From the NCBI RefSeq assembly GCF_964213995.1, contig NW_027590137.1, forward strand, positions 1,054,001 to 1,118,000: a stretch of 64,000 bases of DNA, written 5' to 3'. The notes under the pieces were generated by a model, which was not told where the DNA came from, did no database searches, and worked only from the letters and a program-made list of their open reading frames with translations. Numbering within the stretch: the stretch's first letter is position 1; the number at the start of each line of letters is the position of its first letter. Origin of the DNA: Mustelus asterias. Taxonomy: Eukaryota. Shown one piece after another: positions 23,790 to 35,560 of this stretch. The position numbers and the translations under genes were made by a program.

Positions 23790-24539
23790 GGTGCTGGTGT
23801 CCTTATGTTTCTCCAGGTTAAACGATCAGTTGAAGCCTCATCCACACACAGAACACGTGTACAGTTTTTCCTTGCTGTGAATGGTGTGATGTTTTTTAAG
23901 GCTGCGTAACAGGATAAAGCTCTTTCCACAGTCAACTCACTGAAACACTCTCACTCGGGTGTGCGCGTATCTTGGTGCTTTTTCAGTCACACTGATGTTT
24001 GAAATCTTCTCCTCCAGACAGAAGACAAACATTTCTCCTTCCACGTTCAAAGTCTGAGGATATTTAAGTCCAAGTGAATCGAGACTCTGTCTGATTTTGA
24101 TGTGATGTTTCTTCACCTCACCTGTAAAAGGAGTTTACAAAATTAATCACTGTCAGTCCAGGATAGAAATTTTGAACAGACAATTCTAATTCTCTGGAAC
24201 ATTTCTTCCTCTCTTGTTCCCCAAATCAATAAATTCCTGTCCCACAAATTCTCCCTCGGCTTAAATCCAAACCCATCTCACCATTTCTTTTCTCCACTCC
24301 CAGTTTTCTCCCTCCCTCTCCTCTGTCTGGGTTCAGTTCTCCAGCTCCTGTCTGCAGACTGACAATAAAACCAATGGGTCTTATTGGGGGTGTTGGGGCC
24401 TCCAGCGGGTGTTTGTGAATCCTCCCCGCCCACCTCCCAGGGTTTCCTTCCTTCCCAGAGATCAGAGTCCTCATTGATTTGAGGCCAAAGTGTAACCTCT
24501 TATTTATTGTCCCCCTCCCCCATCCTCTGATGTGAACCA

Positions 24540-25450
24540 TCCTCCAGTGGCTGAGCCAGGATGGGGCCGTTAACCTGGGCCTGTTCCCGGGAGGGAGGGA
24601 GGGAGAAGCCCCGCAGCTGCAAACCAGGGAGCTGACAATGATTCTGAAGGGTTTGCGGATCCACAAAGTGTTTCCAAATCCTCCCAGCCACCGCCTAACG
24701 CTGACTCCGCTTCTCCGGGACAAACAAGCGCCAAGGACAGCAATGACACTGCGCATGCTCCACATCACAATGCCCGGGCACTGATTGACGGCAGCTCCGG
24801 ACCAATAGGAAGAGGGGGCGGTGCTGGAGGACCGAGCGGGAGCGGCTGGTCCTCCAACCAATCGGAGTGAATGAGGGGCGGGGCTGGAGCAAATATTTCA
24901 GCACCGGGTGAAGCGCTGGAGCCGGCGGTTGGAGATTGGGGAGGATCCGCAAACCCTTCAGAATCATTGTCAGCTCCCTGGTTTGCAGCTGCGGGGCTTC
25001 TCCCTCCCTCCCTCCCTCCCTCCCTCCCGGGAACAGGCCCCGGTTAACGGCCCCATCCTGGTTGGAGCTGGAGCATGCGCAGTGCCTGCGGCAGACGGTA
25101 AGGAGCTCGAGCGAGCGGGTTTTAAATGGAGATTTTTACAAAGACCGAGTGCAGATCCAGAGCCCGAAATAAAACCGGAAACATAAATGGAGTTTGCGGG
25201 TGGATGGTGAGGCTTTATAAACACCCGGTGTCGGCCACAGTCCCTCAATTTGCAAAGCAAATTCCTCAGACCTTCTGATGGTTTCAGGCCGGAGTTCAAA
25301 TCCGCCATCTTTATAAAGGTCCGTGTACTGCAAAGCGCATGCGCATCCGCCATCTTTATTGAGGTAAATTGGAACAACGCATGCGCAGCCACCGTATTTG
25401 TTGAGGGTGAAACCAAATGAATAACCCACAGGGGACAAAAAAAATCAGAG
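24540..25450. promoter_or_regulatory. Bidirectional CpG-island promoter for the ZNF genes at 23 kb (-) and 27 kb (+)
   Basis: Two CCAAT boxes, GC boxes, and NRF1- and YY1-type motifs, lying between divergent genes. Confidence 0.75.
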
Positions 25451-25544
25451 TTTGATTTCATAACAAAATCGATGTGTTGTTGTAAAACCGGAAGTTAGGG
25501 TTACAGCCAACAACAACTTCTATTTATATAACACCATTAATATC

Positions 25545-25845
25545 AGGGTGGTTAGCACTGCTGCCTCACAGCTCCAGGGACCCAGGTTCGATCCCAGCCT
25601 TGGGTCACTGTCTGTGCGGAGTTTGCACGTTATCCCTGTGTCTGTGGGTTTCCTCTGGGTGCTCCGGTTTCCTCCCACCGCCCAAAGATGTGACGTTTAG
25701 GGGAATTGGCCATGCTATATTGCCCCTTCGTGTCCAAAGATGTGCGGGTAAGGGGGATTAGTGGGGTACAGATCAGGGGTAAAATATTCAGAGTCAGTGT
25801 AGACTTGATGGGCTAAATGGTTTCCTTCTGCACTGTAGGAATTCT
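25545..25845 (+). mobile_element. HE1-type SINE
   Basis: gtggttagcactgctgcctcacag head, gggtttcctctgggtgctccggtttcctccc core and CR1-like tail. Confidence 0.88.
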
Positions 25846-26029
25846 TTGAGAAGTCATCCTTGTGCACTGAAGGTCTAGTCACTAATGGTGGAGTGATTAA
25901 AATAGGGAATGTGCAGGAAACCAGAATCAGCACAGTGTTAGAGGTGATTCCAGAGATAGGGACAGGCCTTGGAGTGATTTGTACAAATTAGTTGTAAGGA
26001 TGCATGAAAAATACGCATTTCATTTGGAT

Positions 26030-26340
26030 CTCATAGAATTCTACAGTGCAGAGGGAGGCCATTTGGCCTATTGAGTCTGCACTGACCACAATCCCACCCA
26101 GGCCCTATCCCCATTACCACATGCATTTATCCTAGCTAGCCCCCCTGATACTCAGGGGTAATTTAGCATAGCCAATCTATCTAACCCGCACATGTTTGGA
26201 CTGTGGGAGGAAACCAGAGCACCTGCAGGAAACCCATGCAGACACGGGAGAACATGCAAACTCCACCCAAGCTGGGAATCAAATCGGGTCACTGGGGCTG
26301 TGAGGCACAGGGCTAACCACTGCGCCACCATGCCGCCCTC
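26030..26340 (-). mobile_element. HE1-type SINE
   Basis: Same family, inverted relative to the 25.5-kb copy. Confidence 0.88.
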
Positions 26341-26786
26341 TGCTCAGGGAAGAGGGAGAGTGTATGGGACAGATTTACTGTTTTGGGGAACAAGAGCAGA
26401 AAAGTTGTTCCTTAGAAATTAGACTTGTCTGATCAGAATTTCTATCCTGGACTGACAGTAGTTTTGTAAACTTCTTCTTTTGCAGGATATTTGATGGGGA
26501 AGATTTAGAGTCAGAAAAATTGAATCAAGATTTAACAGTCGCTCAATTCACCAGCACCTGAACACGATCAGCCTTTGAATGTGGAGTGCGGGAAAAGATT
26601 TCAAACATCAGTGTGACTGGAAAAGCACTGAGACAGACACACACCCGAGTGAGAGTTTTCCAGTGAACTGACTGTGGAAAGAGCTTTAACCAGTTACACA
26701 GCCTGAGAAAACATCACACCATTCATAGCAATGTGAATCTGTGCATGTGTTCTTTGTGTGGACGAGGCTTCAACTAATCACTCAAT

Positions 26787-27320
26787 ATGGAGAGACATGA
26801 TGATACTGACACCATAGAGAAACCGTGGATATGTGGGGACTGTGGGAAAGCATTCACTTGCCCATCCAAACTGGAAACTCATCGACGCACCCACACCGGG
26901 GAGAGACCCTTCAACTGTCCCATGTGTTGGAAGGAATTTACTCAATCATCCTGCCTAACATTACACCAGCGAGTTCACACTGGAGAGAGACCATACACTT
27001 GCTCTGTGTGTGGGAAGGGATTCGTCCAGATGTATAACCTACAATTACACAGGAGAGTTCACACTGGAGAGAGGCCGTTCACCTGCTCCGTGTGTGGGAA
27101 GCGATTCATTAATTCATCCAACCTTGTGACACACCAACGAGTTCACACTGAGGAGAGGCCATTCAGCTGCACTGACTGTGGAAAGAGCTTCAGACATTCA
27201 TCCAGCCTCAAAGCACATCAGCGACTTCACACTGGGGAGAGACCATTCACCTGCTCAGAGTGTGGGAAGGGATTCACTACCTCCTCCCACCTGGTGACAC
27301 ACCAGCAACTTCACGAGTGA
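26787..27320 (+). CDS. C2H2 zinc-finger protein, 6 fingers
   Basis: Intact ORF; the family start ATG has become ATA and an ATG nine codons upstream opens the ORF; acceptor ttttgcag|GATATT near 26486. Confidence 0.88.
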   Translation: MERHDDTDTIEKPWICGDCGKAFTCPSKLETHRRTHTGERPFNCPMCWKEFTQSSCLTLHQRVHTGERPYTCSVCGKGFVQMYNLQLHRRVHTGERPFTCSVCGKRFINSSNLVTHQRVHTEERPFSCTDCGKSFRHSSSLKAHQRLHTGERPFTCSECGKGFTTSSHLVTHQQLHE

Positions 27321-28694
27321 GTGCAGGGAGTGGATTCTGCTGTACCTGCTGCTGTAATCACATCCAGGAGTGAGCCACATTCATTCTGACATTTGAGGTT
27401 TGTTTCTGCTGATAATAATCCCTGTAACTGGGCTGGAGTTTAATATTCTGGATCTAGAGCTGATTGTGTTTTCAGGGTTGCCATTTCCCTTTAAGAACCA
27501 CTGTCTGTGATCTTTCCCCATCAGTCAGGAACTCTCGTCACAGATTCTTCACAGTACAGAAAGAGGCCGTTCAGCCCATCAAGTCTGCACTGGCTCACTG
27601 AAAGAGCCTTATCCCATTCCCCTGCCATACTCCTGTAACCTTGCACACTCTTTCTTTTCAGATAACAATCCAATTCTCTTGAGTACCTTGATCAAACCTG
27701 CCTCCACTGCTCTCACAGTCTCAGACTCCAACCACTCACGAGGTGAAAATAATTTTCCTCACATCAGTTTGACTCTGTTTTCCCCATTAACGTAGGTCTG
27801 TGCCCTCTAGTTCTTGATGTTCTCTTGGTGGGAACATTTTCTCACTTTCACCTGCCCAATTCCTCAGGATCTTGAATACCTGTATCAATCTCCTCTCGAC
27901 CATCTTCAATCAGACAATTAACATTTATTTCTTCTGATGTTAATCTCTAACTGACCTGGAATTTAATATTCTGAAATCTGTTAAATAAATCAGCTTTGTT
28001 TCAAACACACGGTGTGTTAAATCCTTGATTTCTCCAGGATAAGAGATTAATTGATGTCCTGTTACTGACTGTTCTGTTTTTTGGATCTTTTCTCCTTTCT
28101 AACTCTAGATTATTTCAGTCTCAGACCTTCAGTTACACTCATTTTTTAAAATTTGATTTATTATTGTCACAAGTATTAGCATAAAGTGAAAAGTATTGTT
28201 TCTCATCATGGACAAGTCCCAGCTCCCTATACCTTTCAGAGTGTCTCTCCCAGCCTTGAGATCCAGGGAAGTTTTCAAGATTTAAAAACACAAAATACTG
28301 GAAATTATAATCCATACTTTTCCAAGTGTCAGTTGATTGTGTCCCAGATTATTGGCTTTTCCCCACCGCTGATGTTAAGCTGATTGTTCTGTAATTGCTG
28401 TGTTTTTGAACAGGGATGTAACATTTACACTCTCTGTCCTTTGTCACTACGACTCGATAAGGATTGGAAGGTTGTGGCCAGAGCGCCACAAGCTCCATGT
28501 GAAGGATGGTGTGTGTCAGAGTGCAGCAGTCCCTCCGTGTCAGACTGCAGTGTCAGCCTAGATAATGTGCTCAGCTTGACGAATATTTCCTGTTGTTATT
28601 GATGTGGATCATTCAGAAACAATGGACTCTGATGATGTCATAGAGACTATTACATCACAGCGGAGCCTGAGTAGTGAAAACAGTTTTGTTCCAG

Positions 28695-29630
28695 GTGGGA
28701 GGTGATGGCCCAATGGTATTATCCCTGGACTTAATCCATAAGCTCAGCTAATGTTCTGGGGACTGGGTTCAAATCCCACCACAGCAAGTGGTGTAATTTG
28801 AACAAAGAACAAGAAAAAAGAAAATTATAGCACAGGAACAGGCTCTTTGGCCCTCCAAGCCTGCACTGATTATGCTGCCCGTCTGAACTAAAAAGGCCTC
28901 TGGGGACCATATCCCTCTATTCCCATCTTATTCATGCATTTGTCCAGTGTCCCTTAAAAGTCACTATCATATCTGCTTCCACTACCTCCCCCAGCAGCGA
29001 GTTCCAGGCACCTGCCACTCTTTGTAAAAAAAAAACTTGCCTCGTACATTTAATTCAATAAAAATAATTGAATTCAATTTTAAAAAATCAGAATTAAGAA
29101 TCTACTGCTGACCATGAAACCATTGTCAATTGTCAGAAAAAAACCATTTGGTTCAGTAAAGCAAAAAGTAAAGTTTATTTATTAGTCACAAGTAGGCTTA
29201 CATTAACAGTGCAGTGAAGTTACTGTGAAATTCCCCTGGTTGCCACACTCCGGCATTTGTTCGAGTCAATGCACCGAACCAGCATGTCTTTCAGACTGTG
29301 GGAGGAAACCGGAGCACCCGGAGGAAACCCACGCAGAGAACATGCAAACTCCACACAGAGACAGTGACCCAAGCCAGGAATCGAACCCGGGTCCCTGGCG
29401 CTGTGAGGCAACAGTGTGAACCACTGTGCCACCCCATGAATGTCCGTTTGGGGAAGGAAATCTGCTGTCCTTACCTGGTCTGGCCTACATGTGACTCCAG
29501 AGCCATAGCAATGTGACTGACTGTCAACTGCCCTCTGAAATGGCCCAGTGAGCCACTCAGTTCGATGGTAACTAGGGATGGGCAATAAATGCCGGCCATG
29601 CAGTGACGCCCATGTCCCACAAATGCATAA
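28695..29630 (+). mobile_element. SINE carrying a nested CR1 tail (about 28802-29050, -) and a nested HE1-head SINE (about 29160-29435, -)
   Basis: The host SINE sequence resumes collinearly after each insert. Confidence 0.75.
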
Positions 29631-29768
29631 AAAATCCTCTCAGTTTAAATTCACACAGCCATTCTGTCTCCTTTTGTAATTACCACTCACTTCACCAGTT
29701 TAAAAAAATGGACGTCAATGAACAGAATTCATTCCTGGATGTGATTTACAGTAAAATCCAGTCACTGA

Positions 29769-30806
29769 TTATTTGTGAACTCGCTGGTGACTCATCAGGG
29801 TGGATGAGCGAGTGAATCTCTTCCCACACACGAAGCAGGTGAATGGTCTCTCCCCAGTGTGAATTCGCTGGTGTCTCTGCAGGGTGGCTGATTGAGTGAA
29901 TCTTTTCTCACACTGCAAACAGATGAATGGCTTCTCCCCAGTGTGAACCCGCTGGTGTGCAGTCAGTTGACATAATTGTCTAAACCCAGTCCCGCAGTGA
30001 GAGCACCTGAACGGTCTCTCGTCAGTGTGAACAAGCTGATGGCGCATCAGGTCCACAGAACCTTTATAGCATTTCTCACAGTCAGCACATTTAAAAGGTC
30101 TCTCGTCAGTGTGAACTCGCTGGTGTTTCAGCAGAGTGGACGAATCGCTGAATCCCTTCCCACATTTGGAGCAGGTGAATGTTCTCTCCCCTGTGTGAAC
30201 TCGATGGTGTTGTAGAAGCCCTGATGATCGAGTGAATCTCTTCCCACATTTGAAACAGATGAACGGCTTCTCCCCAGTGTGAATTCGCTGATGTGCAGTG
30301 AGTTCAGATGATTGTCTGAACCCAGTCTCACAGTGAGAGCATCTGAAGGGTCTCTCGTCAGTGTGAACAAGCTGATGTCGCATTAGGTTCTGAGAACTTT
30401 TATAGCACTTCCCACAGTCCAGGCATTTAAATGGTCTCTCATCAGTGTGAACTTGCTGATGTTTCAGCAGAGTGGATGAATCAGTAAATCCCTTCCCACA
30501 CTTGGAGCAGGTGAATGGCCTCTCCCCAGTGTGAACTCGGTGGTGTTGTTGCAGCCCAGATGATCGAGTGAATCCCTTCCCACACTCAGGACAGGTGAAT
30601 GGCTTCTGCGCATTATGAACACGCTGGTGCCTCAACAGGTTGGATGACCAAGTGAATCCCTTCGCACACTCAGGGCAGGTGAATGGCCTCTCCCCAGTGT
30701 GACAGGGCTGATGAGTTTCCAGCTCAGACGGGGATCTGAATTCCTGCTCACAGTCCCCAGATTTCCACGGTTTATCTACACTGTGAACGTTGCTGTTTTC
30801 TTGCAT
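29769..30806 (-). CDS. C2H2 poly-zinc-finger protein, 11 fingers plus 1 degenerate (second subfamily)
   Basis: ORF 29769-31172. Acceptor tttcacag at about 30889 makes ATG 30806 (MQENS) the likely start. HTDERPFKC and RCSHC finger types. Confidence 0.9.
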   Translation of the reverse strand: MQENSNVHSVDKPWKSGDCEQEFRSPSELETHQPCHTGERPFTCPECAKGFTWSSNLLRHQRVHNAQKPFTCPECGKGFTRSSGLQQHHRVHTGERPFTCSKCGKGFTDSSTLLKHQQVHTDERPFKCLDCGKCYKSSQNLMRHQLVHTDERPFRCSHCETGFRQSSELTAHQRIHTGEKPFICFKCGKRFTRSSGLLQHHRVHTGERTFTCSKCGKGFSDSSTLLKHQRVHTDERPFKCADCEKCYKGSVDLMRHQLVHTDERPFRCSHCGTGFRQLCQLTAHQRVHTGEKPFICLQCEKRFTQSATLQRHQRIHTGERPFTCFVCGKRFTRSSTLMSHQRVHK

Positions 30807-31149
30807 GTTAAAAACCCGATGATATTCAGATCCTGATGTGATGTTTGGTTTCAGTTTCCCTGACTGCAAATCTTCCCCTTCTAATGCCCTGTGAAACTGA
30901 TTTAAAACAGAAAAAAGGGAGTGAGAGAGAACTCTCAAAAACAGAAAGGCAGGTTGTGAAATTGAGCTGGTTTTAGTGCCAATTTCCCACCCCCTCCCTG
31001 AATCCTTTGATTCCCTGAAAGATCTCTCCAGCTCTGGGCTAGAATTTTCCTCCATTTTAATCCTGGGAAAACTGCAGTTATTGTCACCGCTCTCTGCTAC
31101 AAATTCCACCCACTGACTCCATCCCTCTCCTCGGAAACTGTCTGAGACT

Positions 31150-34100
31150 GAGCCAGTCTGTTCACATAGCAAAATATTTCACCCAACCTGAGAATCTGAC
31201 CACAAATCCACATCATTACCAAGACCAGTTCCACCTCAGTAACATCACCCAACTCCAGTCTCCTCTCAGTTCATCTGCTGCTGAAACCGTCACCCATTCC
31301 TTTGTTTTGTTTTGATTTATTATTGTCACATGTATTAGTATACAGTGAAAAGTATTGTTTCCTGTGTGCTATACAGACAAAGCATACCGTTCATAGAGAA
31401 GGAAACAAGACTGTAGTGCTACAGTTATAGCTAGGGTGTAGAGAAAGATCAACTTAATGCAACGTAGGTCCATTCAAAAGTCTGATGGCAGCAGGGAAGA
31501 AGCTGTCCTCGAGTCGGTTGGTACGTGACCTCAAACATTTGTATCTTTTGCCCGACGGAAGAAGGTGGAAGAGAGAATGTCCGTGGTGCGTGGAGTCCTT
31601 AATTATGCTGGCTGCTTTAGCAAGGCAGCAGGAAGTGTAGACAGAGTCAATGGATGGGAGGCTGGTTTGAGTGATGGATTGGGCTACATTCACGACATTC
31701 TGTAGTTCCTTGCGGTCTTGGGCAGAGCAGGAGCCATACCAAGCTAATGCTTTCTATGGTGCATCTGTAAAAGTTGGTGAGAGTCATAGCTAACGTGGCA
31801 AATTTCATAGAGTCATACAGGTTTACAGCATGGAAACGGGCCCTTCAGCCCAACTTGCCATGCTGCCCTTTTTTTTAAACCCCTAAGCTCGTCCCAATTG
31901 CCCGCATTTGGCCCATATCCCTCTATACCCATCTTACCCATGTAACTATCTAAATGTTTTTTAAAAGACAAAATTGTACCCACCTCTACTACTACCTCTG
32001 GCAGCTTGTTCCAGACACTTTGCCCCCCTGGATCCTTTTGTATCTCTCCTCTCTCACCTTAAACCTATGCCCTCTAGTTTTAGACTCCCCTACCTTTGGG
32101 AAAAGATATTGACTATCTCGCTGATCTATGCCTCTCATTATTTTATAGACCTCTATAAGATCACCCCTCAGCCTTCTATGCTCCAGAGAAAAAAAGTCCC
32201 AGTCTATCCAGCCTCTCCTTACAACTCAAACCATCAAGTCCCAGTAGCATCCTAGTAAATCTCTTCTGCACTCTTCTAGTTTAATAATATCCTTTCTATA
32301 ATAGGGTGACCAGAACTGACACAGTATTCCAAGTGTGGCCTTACCAATGTCTTGTACAACTTCAACAACTCCTGTATTCAATGTTCTGACCAATGAAACC
32401 AAGCATGCTGAATGCCTTCTTCACCACTCTGTCCACCGGTGACTCCACTTTCAAGGAGCTATGAACCTGTACCCCTAGGTCTCTTTGTTCTGTAACTCTC
32501 CCCAATGGCCTACCATTAACTGAGTAAGTCCTGCCCTGGTTCAATCGACCAAAATGCAATATCTCGCATTTATGTAAATTAAACTCCATCTGCCATTTGT
32601 CAGCTCACTGACCTAATTGATCAAGATCCCGTTGCAATCCGAGATAACCTTCTTCACTGTCGACTATGCCACCAATCTTGGTGTCATCTGCAAACTTACT
32701 AACCATGCCTCCTATATTCTCATCCAAATCATTAATATAAAATGACAAATAACAGTGGGCCCAGCACTGATCCCTGAGGCACTCCGCTGGTCACAGGTCT
32801 CCAGTTTGAAAAACAACCCTCTACAACCACCCTCTGGCTTCTGTCATCAAGCCAATTTTGTATCCATTTAGCTCCCTCACCCTGGATCCCGTGAGATTTT
32901 CCTTAGTTTTCTGAGAAGGTAGAGGTGTTGGTGGGCTTTCTTAACTATAGTGTTGGCTTGGGGGGACCAGGACAGGTTGTTAATGATCTGGGCACCTAAA
33001 AACTTGAAGCTTTCGACCATTTCTACTTCATCCCTGTTGGTGTAGACAGGGCACGTTCTCCATTATGTTTCCTTAAGTCGATGGCAATCTCCTTCATTTC
33101 TGATTACAATGAGGGGGAGATTATTGTTGCCGCACCAGTTCCCCAGATTCTCTATCTCATTCCTGAACTCTGTCTCGTCATTGTTGGAGATCCGACCCAC
33201 TACAGGTGTCACCAGCAAACCTGAAAATCAAGTTGGAGGGGAATTTGGCCGCACAGTCACAGGTGTATAAGGAGTATAGTCAGGGCTGAGAACACAGCCT
33301 TGTTGGGCATCGGTGTTGATTTCTCACCCTTGTTCTCAAATCCCTCCATGGTTTCACCCCTCCCTATCTCTGTAATCTCCTCTCGCTTCACAACCCTCCA
33401 ATATCTGCATTCCTTGCCTTTCCTTACTGATTGTGGTCTGTGGGTTAGGAAGTTCAGCATTCAGTCGCAGAGGGAGGAGCCGAGCCCAGGCCACTGAGTT
33501 TGGAGATGAGTTTCGTGGGGATAATGATGTTGAAGGCTGAACTGTAGTCAATAAATAGGAGTCTGACATCGCTGTCTTTGTAATCTCGATGTTCCAGGGT
33601 TGAGTGCAGGGCCAGGGAAATGGCGTCTGCTGTGGACGTGTTGGGTGGTAGGCGAACTGTAGTGGATCCAGGCAGTCCGAGAGGCTGGAATTGATTAGTG
33701 CCATGACTAACCTTTCAAAGCACTTCATAATGATGGATGTTAGACCCACCGGATGATAGTCATTAAGGAATGCTGCTTGGCTTTTCTTTGGTACCGGGAT
33801 GATGGCCATCTTCTTGAAGCAGATAGGACCTCAGATTGTTGTAAAGAGAGGTTGATGATGTCTGCGAATACCCCCGTCAGCTGGTCCGTGCAGGATCTGA
33901 GTGCTTGTTACCATTAGACTTAATAATTCTAACACACCCCTGGCCGGTCTCCCTCGCTCAACCTGTCTATTAACTTGAGGTCATCACAATTCTGCTGCCC
34001 ACGTGTTTACTCATTCCAAATCTTGTTCACCCATCACCCCTGTGCTACAAAGGCTCCTGTTTATGAATCAACATTTTAAATTTCTCATCCTTGTTCTCAA

Positions 34101-34475
34101 GTCCCTCCATGGTTTCACCCCTCCCTATCTCTGTAATCTCCTCTCACCTCACAACCCTCCAATATCTCAGCATTCCTTTCATTCCGGCTTCCTCAGCATT
34201 CACAGTTTTAATCACTCCATCATACGTGTCCGCACTCCCAGTTACCAAGGCCATACTCTTTGGAATTTCCCCCTAAACTGCTCCCCCTCTGTATCTTCCT
34301 TCCCCCCTTTAAGATACTCATTAAAACTACCTCTTTAACCAAGCCTTCACCCATCCACCCTCATGTCTGCTCACATGACTCTATGTCAAATGTTGCTTTA
34401 TAACACACCTGAGAAACGCCTCAGAATGCTCCAGTACATGAAAGATGCTGTATAAATACACATTGTAATTGTTGA
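31150..34475 (+). mobile_element. Old L2 LINE 3' fragment (about 31150-31305 and 33906-34475) hosting a Rex1 insertion
   Basis: SPITPVL...FKFLILVLKSLHGFTPPYL...LWN L2 peptide and gctgtataaatac-type tail. Confidence 0.7.
31306..33905 (-). mobile_element. Rex1/Babar LINE fragment interrupted by CR1 (about 31807-32900, -)
   Basis: IIPVPKK...[19 protein letters not shown] and SFFPAAIRLLN peptides; tail ending caataataaatcaaa. Confidence 0.88.
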
Positions 34476-34584
34476 TTTGGAGATGTATCACTGTCCCTTC
34501 ATCATCACTGGGTGAATAGCCTGTAACTCTTGACCTAAAGGGGAGCACCTTCACCACATGGACTGCAGCTGATCAAGAAGATAA

Positions 34585-34925
34585 AACCCTACAGTACAGA
34601 AAGAAGCCATTCGGCCCATCGAGTCTGCACCAACCACAATCCCACCCAGGCCCTACCCCCATATCCCTACATATTTTACCTGCTAATCCCTCTAATCTAC
34701 ACATCCCAGGACACTAAGGGGCAATTTTTTTTTTTAGCATAGCCAATTAACCTAACCCACACATCTTTGGACTGTGGGAGGAAACCGGAGCACCCAGAGG
34801 AAACCCACGCAGATACGAGGAGAATGTGCAAACTCCACACAGACAGTAACCCAAGCCAGGAATCGAACCCAGGTCCCTGGAGCTGTGAAGCAGCAGTGCT
34901 AACCACTGTGCTACCGTGCCGCCCG
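34585..34925 (-). mobile_element. HE1-type SINE
   Basis: Full head-core-tail structure. Confidence 0.88.
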
Positions 34926-35099
34926 TTTTGGGGATGGGAAATATTTTCTGTTGGTCTTGTTAGTGAAAAGACAGGGTAGTGGGATGAGCTGATTCCCTTG
35001 TAGAGAACCAGCAAATGCATGATGGGTTAGTCATTTTCTGTAGTGTAATAATTCAATGTTTCTGTGGCTTAATGAAAAAGAGACCAATTCTGGAGGCCA

Positions 35100-35560
35100 G
35101 GAACTAACTTCTGGAATCAATGCCCACTGCCTCCAATCGAGGTGGCGGCTGCACATTGCCCCCTATAAAGATGGCCACCGTCCTGCTGTCCATTGCCCCC
35201 AATAAATATGGCGGCCATTGTTCTCGAAAGATGGAGGCTGCAAAATCGGTCAGGCAGGGCCTCGGGCGTCTTATTTGTGGTTTGAAGCTAATATCCGATG
35301 TTTATGAAAGCTCCGCTTCCTATACCGGGTGTTTGAGTCCTCCCTTTTGACTCTCAGGCTCCATTTCATCTCACTCACCCGCTATCTCCAATCAGTTTCT
35401 GGTCTCCCTGCTGCTCTGACACCACCCCATCCGACCACTGCCTACACCGCACTGCGCATGCTCCAGTCAGAGAGGCACTGAGCCTGCGCAATGATCTCCT
35501 GTATTGAAGATAGGGTATCGTCACCCTCTCGGTGCATGCTGGGTAATGGCACCGCCATTG
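35100..35560 (-). promoter_or_regulatory. CpG-rich promoter/first exon, probably of the 30-kb ZNF gene
   Basis: CTGCGCATGCT, repeated AA(G/T)ATGGC motifs and minus-strand donor GGTGAGT near 35375. Confidence 0.6.

Noticed and set aside
23222-23935. Long alternative-frame ORFs over ZNF arrays ([21 protein letters not shown] repeats; also 14448-14987 and 52635-53135)
   Set aside because: Expected shadow frame of the C2H2 codon consensus; starts and ends are not conserved between paralogs.
26660-26670. Selenocysteine at the TGA replacing a finger Cys
   Set aside because: Equivalent leaders contain TAA/TAG stops and frameshifts, and no SECIS was recognised; kept only as a remote alternative.
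30890-31172. N-terminal extension of the 467-aa ORF as an effector domain
   Set aside because: It runs through a polypyrimidine tract and acceptor shared with the 40-kb gene, so it is most likely intron.
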